NCBI GenBank assembly: GCA_041694835.1
Contig: JBGFRZ010000055.1
Coordinates: 1 to 27,255, forward strand
Reading direction: 5' to 3'
Length of the DNA stretch: 27,255 bases
Source: Ignavibacteria bacterium
GTDB lineage: Bacteria; Elusimicrobiota; Endomicrobiia; PHAN01
In this document: positions 18,855 through 27,255 of the stretch, piece after piece
Layout of the letters: every line of letters starts with the position of its first letter
Numbering within the stretch: the stretch's first letter is position 1
The notes under the pieces: generated by a model
The model's input: only the letters and a program-made list of their open reading frames with translations
Databases searched by the model: none
Told to the model about the DNA's origin: nothing
Position numbers and translations under genes: made by a program

Positions 18855-20045
18855 TCAAAATCCCGAAAAATCCACGCAGTCGTAAATGTTGAATCTTCTG
18901 ATTACTCCGCTATTTCTTTTTATTTCAAATGTTTGCTTTGCAAATATTTTTTTAAATCTCCGCTTATCGACGGGGCCGGAAACAACATCGGTAGAATAAT
19001 CGTAGGCCACACAACCGCCTTTGATTTCTCCGAGGTATGTCTCCCAATATTTAAAGTGATTCGTCCCGGCATAAACCTTCTGTCTCATTCGGGTATAGTA
19101 TAAAATCGCAGAAGCCGACTGATAGTCAATCGCTATTATCGGACGGATATCAGCGATATTTTCAATTTCCTGCGCAAACTCTTTCCATCCATAAAATCTG
19201 TTCGTCGGTTCCATCAACGCCCATGTCTTATTGATTTTACCAAGAGAAATTATTCCAAAGATGGCGTGCGTATAAAGAACGAAAAAACATAATTGACGCT
19301 TTTCTGATGAGCATCTTCATTTTTGTCCGCTTTTCAAACAGGGACGCCGATGTAATGACAGAGAGAGTGAGAAACGCCGGGGATGGCCAATTCATCTCGC
19401 CGACTGTCCTATACCCGGCCCAAGCGAAAAACAAAAACACGGGCAATGACATTGATACGAGAAAGAGTTTTTTTCATCACGACTTACTAAAAAAATACAA
19501 AATGCAACAATACCGATTAAAAACAAAAATATCTCACCTGAAACCACCTGAGTGCCAGGATAGACCAAGACATTTTCCCACCCGGCAGTCCCGAGATAAA
19601 ACCAGTATTTGCGCGCTTTCACATTTTCAGCAGAGTTGACGAGCCGCCAGAAAATAAAAACACAAACACCCCAGAAAATAAACGACGGCACGTCGGGAGT
19701 TATGACGGTGCCCGCGGCAACCACCGGATATATGTTTAATATCACGACACTCCAGAAAGAAACTGACTCCGAGTTAAACATTTCATCGGCCAGTTTCCAT
19801 ATCAAAATACTTAAAAAAATTGAAGCGACGATCGCGGAAAATCTTACGAAAAATTCTCCGTCGGAGAAGAGCCTGGTAAGTCGTATAAAATAAGCGACCA
19901 TGGGCTGGTGGTCGTAATAACTTAAATCAAGATAGCGCGACAAAACCCGGTAGTACGTTTCGTCGGGATGCAGTTGAAGTTTAGCGGCAAGGTATGCTCT
20001 GATGACAGTAATTGCCACAATAAATCCGATTGTTCTTTTACTCAT
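18855..20045 (-). pseudogene. Disrupted ArnT/PMT-like (GT39/GT83) integral membrane glycosyltransferase
   Basis: Three consecutive fragments (DETYY..SYYDHQPMVA, TPD.P; NWPSPAF; RFYGW...YQ.AS...YY) joined by frameshifts near 19470 and 19285, with an apparent internal deletion near 19585. Confidence 0.82.
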
Positions 20046-20128
20046 TTGCAGGAAACCCCAATTTGATTTTATCATGCCGTTTTTATGCCGAACTTAAAGA
20101 TTCTAATGTTTTCTTTAATATGATTATA

Positions 20129-20917
20129 TTATTGCTTCACTCTTTTATTATTACCTTTAACTGTTATTTCCCAAAATTTCGCATACTTTATCAAAGTATA
20201 GTATGTATAAAGCATCGCCAACAATAATCCTTGCTTGCCGTCTAAAAAACCAAGTTTAAATATGTACATCCGCAAGAAACAACCGATTGGATGGGTTATT
20301 AACTGATAGAATCTGAATCTCTTTTTTTCATTATGCATTTGTTTGGCTTTTAGCGTGGAATATCTGTCCATTTTTCTCAAAAATTCATCAAGAGACAAGA
20401 ACGGATACTGTAATACATGCGCCTTAAGATACCCAACTTTCCCGTTGTCTTTAAGTTCAAAGGTCTCATGAACCAAATCCGATTCGCGGTATTTCATTTT
20501 ATTTTTATTGAAAAACTGCGGCTGGCGGTAATCGGGATACCATCCCGAATGTTTTATACACTTGTTAAAAAAATAATTTTTGCGGGGCACAAAATAGACG
20601 TCGACATCGAGGACTTTTGCAAGAAGTGCCAATATCTCATTTTTGATTTCTTCCGTCGCACGTTCATCTGAATCAACGCTCAATACCCAATCATTTGACA
20701 CGCACTCAAGGGCAAAATTTCTTAAATTTCCAAAACCCTCGAATTTTTTTTGAAAAATTTTATCGGTGTAGGACTTGCATATTTCAAGAGTTTCGTCCGT
20801 GCTGAACGAATCTATAACGACTATCTCATCCGCCCATTTTACGCTTTCAAGACAATCTCTGATTTTTTTCTCTTCATTGAATGTTATGATATACGCTGAA
20901 ATTTTTTTTCTATTCAT
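20129..20917 (-). CDS. GT2 LPS core glycosyltransferase (KdtX/WaaE/LgtF-like)
   Basis: IIT.NEE..I..CLESV.WADEI, DSDE, GWYPDY, VHE and GFLDG..G motifs. Confidence 0.9.
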   Translation of the reverse strand: MNRKKISAYIITFNEEKKIRDCLESVKWADEIVVIDSFSTDETLEICKSYTDKIFQKKFEGFGNLRNFALECVSNDWVLSVDSDERATEEIKNEILALLAKVLDVDVYFVPRKNYFFNKCIKHSGWYPDYRQPQFFNKNKMKYRESDLVHETFELKDNGKVGYLKAHVLQYPFLSLDEFLRKMDRYSTLKAKQMHNEKKRFRFYQLITHPIGCFLRMYIFKLGFLDGKQGLLLAMLYTYYTLIKYAKFWEITVKGNNKRVKQ

Positions 20918-20931
20918 AAGATAAAAACCTT

Positions 20932-21075
20932 CACCACAGAGTCACAGAGAAAAAAGAGTTCACAGAGTTGTTTTCCCGCCACATTAGAAGCAAAGCTTCT
21001 AACGTGGCAAATGTTCTCTCTTGATATTCTTTAGTGTCGGAGCATGTCCCGATGTATATCGGGATGTCTCTGTGT
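20932..21075. repeat. CACAGAG-type palindromic element, copy 2, with two internal hairpins
   Basis: CACCACAGAGTCACAGAG...CACAGAG left arm and TGTCTCTGTGTT right arm; internal GCCACATTAGAAGC-AAA-GCTTCTAACGTGGC and TCCCGAT-GTAT-ATCGGGA. Confidence 0.8.
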
Positions 21076-21103
21076 TATATTATTCAAATTCCTAAGCTTT
21101 AAA

Positions 21104-21913
21104 TTATATTTTATGGGATAATCTATAATACCTTTCCATAAGATATGACTGCCATTTAGGATAATGCTTCCTAAGAAAAACAATATAACTTCGGCGGAAA
21201 TGTTTCTTGAAATCATCTCTGCTTTTTTTTACGGTAGCCCCACCAAGATGCATAACCTTTGCGGAAGGAATATATGCTATTTTATACCCTTTCGATTTTA
21301 GACGATAAAACAAATCCGTCTCTTCATAATAAAAAAAGAAATTTTCGTCAAAACCATTTAATGATTCCAGAACAGACTTGCGTATCAAAAAACATGCTCC
21401 CTTTATCAAAGGAACATCGTACCAAATTTTTTCTTTGTATAGCCCTTCTTTGAAGTGTAATTTTAATTTAATATATGGTTGGATAATACCATCCCAAAAT
21501 GTGGGATAAGTCAATACAGATTTCTGAATACTTCCGTCGGGTCTTAAAAGGCGCGGTCCAACAACAGCAACTTTGGAATTTTCCTTTAATATATTTAACA
21601 TTTTTGAAGCCGCCGAATCAATTAATTCGATATCCGTATTCACATATAATAGATATTCGTTCTTCGCCGCTTTAAATCCTTGGTTGGCCGCATAAGCAAA
21701 ACCTTTATTTTCTTTGTTTCTGATACAAAAAATATTAGGATATTTGTGAGTTGCTCTTTCAAGCGAATTGTCGATGGAACCATTATCTACTATTATCCAT
21801 TCTGAATTATTGGGTGAAGTGATGGTGTCCTCTTTCAATAATTTCTCCAGACATCTATCTAACAAATTCCCGGGATTATGAGAAATAATTATTACAGATA
21901 AGTTATCATTCAT
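21104..21913 (-). CDS. GT2 glycosyltransferase (WbbL/WfgS-like)
   Basis: VDNGS.D, N.GFA.A.NQG, GACFLIR, GFDE.FF.Y.EE.DL and H.GG motifs. Confidence 0.9.
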   Translation of the reverse strand: MNDNLSVIIISHNPGNLLDRCLEKLLKEDTITSPNNSEWIIVDNGSIDNSLERATHKYPNIFCIRNKENKGFAYAANQGFKAAKNEYLLYVNTDIELIDSAASKMLNILKENSKVAVVGPRLLRPDGSIQKSVLTYPTFWDGIIQPYIKLKLHFKEGLYKEKIWYDVPLIKGACFLIRKSVLESLNGFDENFFFYYEETDLFYRLKSKGYKIAYIPSAKVMHLGGATVKKSRDDFKKHFRRSYIVFLRKHYPKWQSYLMERYYRLSHKI

Positions 21914-22992
21914 GCTAATGAATTATATGTTGATATAACATTCTTGCACCATTTACCGACATTGAACTGCTCTTGCGCCCACAAAAAACCTTCTTCGCCC
22001 ATTTTTCTTCTTTTAGTTTCGTTTTCTATCAAGTTTGTTAATGACAATTTTAACGAGTATACATCCCTTGGTGGAATTAAAAATCCGGATTTATTATTAA
22101 AAAATGTTTCAGGTATTCCACCCACATTTGTACCGATGACAGGCTTCTTTAACAACTGGGCTTCTATCATAACCCCGGGTAGCGCCTCGCCACCGACTGA
22201 TAAAAGACAAAATATGTCCATCGCATCGATATAATCATAAACATTGTCTTTAAACCCGGTAAAAGCAACTATATCGCCAACACCACATTGGCTCGAATAA
22301 TCTTCCAGTTCCTTCCTTAAAGTGCCATCGCCGACTATTAAAAAATATAGATTATGGTATTTTTCTTTAAGCGCTTTGGCGGCATCTACAAGATATTTCT
22401 GCCCTTTGCCTTCGGGTTTATTAATCGCTCCAACCGTCCCAATAACGATTTTACCGCTCAAATTATATTTCTTTCGCACATCTTCAATGCAATGTTTAGC
22501 GTCGTCTATTTCAACACCATTGTAGACAACCGTTATCTTTTTGGGATTTACTTTGTCATGCTTAATGAGTCCTTCCGCGACTTTTTTAGAAACCGCGATA
22601 ATTTTATCAGCATGTTTGTAATGACTTCTTGAGAAAAAACTACTCCTGATGTCCGCATGTCTATGGAATATTAGTTTAAAATCGTTTAAACAAAACCATT
22701 TCACAAAAATAGACGGCCAGAAAATTTTTCCTTGATGAATATGCAAAATATCCGGTTTTTCTTTCTTGACAATCCGAAACAACCCAAAAATTCCGAGTGG
22801 GTCAAGGGAGCCTCTTATTCTTAAAGGTATCACTTTTAAATTTAACTTTTTAGTTTCATTAAATATAAAACTTTTCTTTGGACATACCAGAACATTCTCG
22901 ACACCATACTTCTCCAGGTGCCGCGCAATCGAGAGCATCATTATCTCCGCTCCACCCGGCCCGCGGGAAGAATATATATGCAAAACTTTCAT
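21910..22992 (-). CDS. GT4 (GT-B fold) glycosyltransferase
   Basis: GGAE, AVS, VYNGV, KGQ, VGDG, EALPGVMIEA and VGGIPE motifs. Confidence 0.92.
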   Translation of the reverse strand: MKVLHIYSSRGPGGAEIMMLSIARHLEKYGVENVLVCPKKSFIFNETKKLNLKVIPLRIRGSLDPLGIFGLFRIVKKEKPDILHIHQGKIFWPSIFVKWFCLNDFKLIFHRHADIRSSFFSRSHYKHADKIIAVSKKVAEGLIKHDKVNPKKITVVYNGVEIDDAKHCIEDVRKKYNLSGKIVIGTVGAINKPEGKGQKYLVDAAKALKEKYHNLYFLIVGDGTLRKELEDYSSQCGVGDIVAFTGFKDNVYDYIDAMDIFCLLSVGGEALPGVMIEAQLLKKPVIGTNVGGIPETFFNNKSGFLIPPRDVYSLKLSLTNLIENETKRRKMGEEGFLWAQEQFNVGKWCKNVISTYNSLA

Positions 22993-23696
22993 TTCTTATA
23001 AATCTTCCGCCACAAATCTGAATACTCCGTCATGCTCGCTCTGAAAAAAGTTTCAACGTATTTTAAATTCCTTCCTTTCACAACCGCCCAATATCTTGCA
23101 AGCGACCCGGACATCGTCACATAATCTCTTGTGGCAATTTGACTTTTGTAATTTTCTATCAATTTTTTTTTCTTCTCCCAGACATCCCCTATATCAATCA
23201 ACACATTCGGAAAAACCGGAAACCATACAGGGTAGGAATAAATCATAAAATCATATTTTTTACCTTTGGTGGCGCTAATCAATACCTCGTTCGCAACGCG
23301 ATGGTCATTGTGATTGTCGAGCATGAACGGTATAAATACAATTTCTGGTTTATAATTCGCGATTGTTTTACTTAACTTTTCTTGACATTTGTAAAAGTCA
23401 ATATCTTCCATTGGGAAGTCAAAAAACTCATAATCCCTAACATTTAACATCTCCAACGACTTTTTGGCTTCCCCTCGACGCTCTTCGTTGTCCATAGTCA
23501 AAAAAACCATCTTTACGGAGCCGCCGCCATCAAGATGTTTAATAACAGTGCCTCCGCAACCTATGGCCTCGTCGTCGGGATGGGGCGACATAACCAATGC
23601 CTTTTCCAAAGGCAATTTATCTTCAAGCGGCGTTGAATATTTCAAATAGGGCTGGATATACTCATAAACTCTGAATAATTTTGCATAATTCAACAT
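22989..23696 (-). CDS. PIG-L/LmbE family N-acetylhexosamine deacetylase
   Basis: SPHPDDEAIGCGGT, R..EA, HNDH, Y.SQ and E.F motifs. Confidence 0.9.
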   Translation of the reverse strand: MLNYAKLFRVYEYIQPYLKYSTPLEDKLPLEKALVMSPHPDDEAIGCGGTVIKHLDGGGSVKMVFLTMDNEERRGEAKKSLEMLNVRDYEFFDFPMEDIDFYKCQEKLSKTIANYKPEIVFIPFMLDNHNDHRVANEVLISATKGKKYDFMIYSYPVWFPVFPNVLIDIGDVWEKKKKLIENYKSQIATRDYVTMSGSLARYWAVVKGRNLKYVETFFRASMTEYSDLWRKIYKK

Positions 23697-23703
23697 GTTC
23701 TTT

Positions 23704-24594
23704 TTACCATTTTTTTATCGTATGAAAGTTGATGTGTCCTTTGCCGTATCTTCTGGAAATATCTTTCAGTTTTTGCAAAAATCCCCGCGTGTTTATATAC
23801 TTCCGCTTCAACTCCAAAACCAAACTTTTTAATCGAACATCTATTTTATCCTTCATAAGAGCGGGGTGGGGACCTTCATAATCAACGATATTTGCGATGT
23901 CTCTATAATACTCAAAAACAGACCGGTCTGCATATCTTTTTCTGATTTCTTCATCTGAATGCCACCATCTGTGAAAATCCATCACTTTCCTGGACATAAT
24001 TTCAGGCGACCTTGCCCATCCGTAGTGAAACATCTTACATTCCGAAATCGCCGCTCTAATTTTTCGCCCTTTTATTCTAAAACCCTGTGCATCGCCGTGT
24101 GATTCAGCGCCTATTCCATTTCTTATCACTCTCACTTCATATTTGTACCAGTTTCTTGCTTTTTGCACGGTAGAATAACTGCCGTAAAAATGAAGATACT
24201 CAACGGCAACGCCTTCGATTTTAGAATTATCGTTCACTTTTTCGATGGTTTCAGCCATCTTTTTTAAATCCCATTCGGAAAAAACTTCGTCGGCCTGAAT
24301 ATAAAAAATCCAATCTCCACTACATTTGGATAAAGCTATGTTTGTCTGTCTGCTGAGTTCTCTGCCGTCTTTGCGATTTGAATCATCCCAGACGGTTTCG
24401 AGAATTTTTATTTTATCTGAATTTATGAATTCTATTTTTTTCTTCGTTTCATCTTCAGAGTTGCCTATGTTTACAACAAATTCGTCGCAGATAGACAGAA
24501 TCGATTTTATAGATTCAACTGCTGGATACTTAAACTTTTCAATATTTCTTACAATTGTAGCGCCGCTAATTTTTATCCCGTTAGAAATTTTCAT
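23704..24594 (-). CDS. GT2-like glycosyltransferase
   Basis: ISG.TIVRN...YP..ESI.SIL..CDE, W.FYIQADE, HFYG and HYGWAR motifs. Confidence 0.85.
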   Translation of the reverse strand: MKISNGIKISGATIVRNIEKFKYPAVESIKSILSICDEFVVNIGNSEDETKKKIEFINSDKIKILETVWDDSNRKDGRELSRQTNIALSKCSGDWIFYIQADEVFSEWDLKKMAETIEKVNDNSKIEGVAVEYLHFYGSYSTVQKARNWYKYEVRVIRNGIGAESHGDAQGFRIKGRKIRAAISECKMFHYGWARSPEIMSRKVMDFHRWWHSDEEIRKRYADRSVFEYYRDIANIVDYEGPHPALMKDKIDVRLKSLVLELKRKYINTRGFLQKLKDISRRYGKGHINFHTIKKW

Positions 24595-24650
24595 AAATTT
24601 TAGTTGAATGTTGCTTTGGAAATTTTAAAGAACGCGGTATTTTAACGGGG
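24577..24650. mobile_element. About 74-bp miniature element with terminal inverted repeats
   Basis: CCCGTTAGAAAT (24577-24588) and ATTTTAACGGGG (24639-24650) bracket the whole intergenic gap and overlap both flanking genes. Confidence 0.55.
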
Positions 24651-25841
24651 CTCATCTTCAAGCCCGTATAAAAGCCCGACAAACCAAAACATCTCCATCG
24701 CTCCACCCGGGCCCCTCAAATGCGTGTCGAAAAACTCGCCGATTAAGAACGAAATAAAGCCAAAGAGTAAACCAATCGCCAAGGATTTTAATAAATCCTT
24801 TTTTGCTTTATAAATTTTTATCAAACAACTAAAAATCTGGCCGACAATTGCAATAAATAAAATAAATCCAACAATGCCGAACTCCGCTAAAACTTGTGGA
24901 TAAAATGAATGTATATGACTGTGCTGCGGTTTTTTGTCATCTGAATAGAAATCTATTTTTTCTTTTTCAAAATACTCTTTCTGGTAAACCGCATGGCTGG
25001 GACCGACGCCGAAAAAAATATTGTCTTTAAACTGCGCCATTGCTATTTTTGAAAGCAGTATCCTTTCCGCAACACTCGGGTCTTTGCCGGAAAAAGCAAG
25101 TGCAATTCGTTTTTGGACAATATCCACTTTCGTATAACCGATAAATGAGATAAAAATCATCAAAAGTAAAATTAACAACGTTATAATAAATTTCTTTCTT
25201 ACAAATGCCACAAAAAATAAAAATATGACTATCGATAATATGGCGGCTATATAATAACCCCTGGAGCCAGTTAAAATCACACCGAAAATACTCATTGTGC
25301 CGACAATAAAGTAAAAAACTTTTTTATTTTTTGACATATTCTCGCAAAAAGTGGCTATAGAAAATGAAATAAAGGAAAAAATTGTAAGCAATGCGGCGTA
25401 ACCAATAGGATTTCTAATACCTGATAATCTTTCTGTTCCTAGCACCAAATAAAAAGAACCTATATTTTTCCAAAAAAATCCGAAATATGCGCTTAATGAA
25501 AATAAGAGCAAAATTAAAAATGTAAAATAAAAAACCATAAACGCATTTTTGATTTTTCCGCTCTGTCGCAAAGAATATCCGAGAACGAACGGAACAAGCC
25601 AGTGACTAAAATAGTTAAGCATCACCAAGTAGCCCACAGATGGCATCTTTGAAAAGTAACTGATAATCATTCCGTAAATCAGAAAAACAATGATTGTCTT
25701 GCTCAAGTGTGGCTTTATTATATCTTTGATCTTTGGCAGATAAACTAAAAATCCAAAACCGCTTGCTATATACCCGCCCACATGTCCAAACACCATGAAA
25801 AAAGCGAAACAATAGTTTAAAATAGCGATAATATTTCTCAT
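24642..25841 (-). CDS. O-antigen ligase (WaaL) family protein
   Basis: Multiple TM helices, LTGSRG, R...S..A....FFGVG and H.HSFY.QVLAEFGIVG motifs. Confidence 0.88.
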   Translation of the reverse strand: MRNIIAILNYCFAFFMVFGHVGGYIASGFGFLVYLPKIKDIIKPHLSKTIIVFLIYGMIISYFSKMPSVGYLVMLNYFSHWLVPFVLGYSLRQSGKIKNAFMVFYFTFLILLLFSLSAYFGFFWKNIGSFYLVLGTERLSGIRNPIGYAALLTIFSFISFSIATFCENMSKNKKVFYFIVGTMSIFGVILTGSRGYYIAAILSIVIFLFFVAFVRKKFIITLLILLLMIFISFIGYTKVDIVQKRIALAFSGKDPSVAERILLSKIAMAQFKDNIFFGVGPSHAVYQKEYFEKEKIDFYSDDKKPQHSHIHSFYPQVLAEFGIVGFILFIAIVGQIFSCLIKIYKAKKDLLKSLAIGLLFGFISFLIGEFFDTHLRGPGGAMEMFWFVGLLYGLEDEPR

Positions 25842-26794
25842 ATTATTATTTTTTTGATATTTTCTATAACCTCGTTCGGTTCTATCGCGTCTATTTTATT
25901 CTTTTTTAAAATTATTTTTTTTTCGTGCTGTGGACCTATTTGCTCCGGGTCCGTTGGACCATAAAGAACAACCATTGGTTTTTCCAGCGCAGATGCCAAA
26001 TGCACAAGTCCCGAATCTATTCCTAAAAAAAGTTTTGCTCTTGAAATTAAAATCGCAACATCTTTCAAAGATTGTCCCGCATAAATAATTATTTTATCAT
26101 TTTTTGAATATTTTTGATTGTTTTTTATTTTTTCCAACTCCTTTATCCCGCTTTTTGCACCAACCAATACCATCTGCATCCCATGTTGAATAAGAAAATC
26201 TGAAATTGCTGCCCAATAATCCGTATTCCATATTTTTTCAGGTCTTCTCGGATTTCCGAGCGGCGACAAAATAACTATGTTGTCGGCTTTCAAACGAAGA
26301 ACTTCAACTTGGGCCAGCCATCGCGCAATTTCGTTAGACGGAATATTTATTAAACCGCAATATGTGTCAGGTATTTGCTTAAGTTCAAAAAACTCGCCTA
26401 ATTTTTTGTTATTGCTTAAAGACGGCACACCAGTGCGTTCTACAAGATTTGTGAGAAAAAACCTGCTGTAAGAATTTTTGAATCCTACTCGCGGATAAAA
26501 ATTAGAAAATTTGCTAAAAAGCATAGAGCTATATGATTCTGAAAACAAAATGGCTGCGGAGGGGGTTTCTTTGCGGAGTGCTTTAACAAATCTTATACTT
26601 TCTAAAATGCCATCAGACGGCCTCATTATTATTCTATCCACTACACCGCAGAGTTTGATGAGCGGAACCAGATGTTTTTTGACGACGCTTATGAGAAAAA
26701 TTTCTGGTTTTTCTTTTTTGAATGCGTAAAGCACGGGTAAACTGAAAAGGAAATCCCCTATTTGATTCATGTGAAAAAAAACTATTTTTTCCAT
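25838..26794 (-). CDS. GT9 ADP-heptose:LPS heptosyltransferase-like protein
   Basis: IGDFLFSLP, K.W and GIDSGLVHLASA...P.VVLYGPT motifs; ATG 26794 preferred over 26818. Confidence 0.9.
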   Translation of the reverse strand: MEKIVFFHMNQIGDFLFSLPVLYAFKKEKPEIFLISVVKKHLVPLIKLCGVVDRIIMRPSDGILESIRFVKALRKETPSAAILFSESYSSMLFSKFSNFYPRVGFKNSYSRFFLTNLVERTGVPSLSNNKKLGEFFELKQIPDTYCGLINIPSNEIARWLAQVEVLRLKADNIVILSPLGNPRRPEKIWNTDYWAAISDFLIQHGMQMVLVGAKSGIKELEKIKNNQKYSKNDKIIIYAGQSLKDVAILISRAKLFLGIDSGLVHLASALEKPMVVLYGPTDPEQIGPQHEKKIILKKNKIDAIEPNEVIENIKKIII

Positions 26795-26820
26795 ATTGCA
26801 GAACCGATGAAAAAGCATCT

Positions 26821-27120
26821 AACCACGAATTAGATGGATTACACGAAAAGATACATTTGGACGCAGATTTTCGCAGATTGTCGCGGATGATTTTATGAAT
26901 GTTTAATCTGCATTTATCAAAGTTGTTTCTGCGTTAATCTGCGTTTAATTAGTTTTTATGTTGCTGATTTTCTTGATGGTTAAAATTCAGTGTGTTTTGT
27001 GGTTCCAAAATTAAAATATCACGGATAACACGGATTAGCACGGAGAAAGAGTCCATAGTGATTTAATCGGCACCTATCCTCGAATGTAGTTGTCGGAGGT
27101 CTATTTGTGTAATCTGCGAT
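26821..27120. repeat. Cluster of about 9-10-bp periodic palindromic elements (CACGAAT / CGCAGAT / CACGGAT types)
   Basis: ACGCAGAT..CGCAGAT..CGCGGAT pairs with ATCTGC..TCTGCGT..ATCTGCGT (26861-26944), inside AACCACGAA...TTTGTGGTT (26821-27004). A third element, ATCACGGATAACACGGATTAGCACGG...GTGTAATCTGCGAT, lies at 27018-27120. Confidence 0.78.
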
Positions 27121-27255
27121 TAAATTTAGTATTTTGAGAGTGTTGAAAAAGTCAGTATTTAGCAAAGCCAGCGCCATTTAGCCGGTAGGTTTAGCAATTT
27201 ATGTTTGAAAAATTGCTGACAGTTCTTTCAATTTCTGAATTTTCTCTCAAACTTT

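Noticed and set aside
19237-19480. Programmed frameshifting or stop-codon recoding in the ArnT/PMT-like gene
   Set aside because: Two shifts plus an apparent deletion and motif decay fit a pseudogene better; TGA, TAA and TAG all act as normal stops elsewhere in the window.
20129-26794. Horizontally acquired island based on AT richness
   Set aside because: It looks more AT-rich by eye, but this is normal for glycosyltransferase clusters. I could not quantify it, and there is no integrase or flanking direct repeat.

Overview
A single minus-strand, tightly coupled gene cluster for lipopolysaccharide/envelope biogenesis from an AT-rich Gram-negative bacterium. Gene order and the small zinc-ribbon membrane gene after pyrG remind me of Elusimicrobiota, but that is inference only. 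In transcription order: GT9 heptosyltransferase-like, O-antigen ligase, GT2, PIG-L deacetylase, GT4, GT2, GT2, a broken ArnT/PMT-type membrane glycosyltransferase, polyprenol-P-mannose synthase, lpxK, gmhB, LysM-DUF3108, a deoxyhypusine-synthase-like protein, kdsA, kdsD, heptose kinase, kdsB, pyrG, zinc-ribbon protein, SAM methyltransferase, kdsC, lipid A acyltransferase, lptC-lptA-lptB, hpf, ptsN, hprK, rapZ, yvcK. rpoN is absent from its usual slot. The genes are mostly ordinary housekeeping. The unusual signal is non-coding: almost every gap holds a short palindromic or 7-9-bp periodic element, from several distinct sequence classes. Some are nested inside each other, and some supply gene ends or an in-frame insertion (LpxK). 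Also notable: gmhB has no canonical start and probably begins at CTG, and several uncharacterised genes sit inside the Kdo/heptose operon. I saw no rRNA, tRNA, CRISPR array or transposase.
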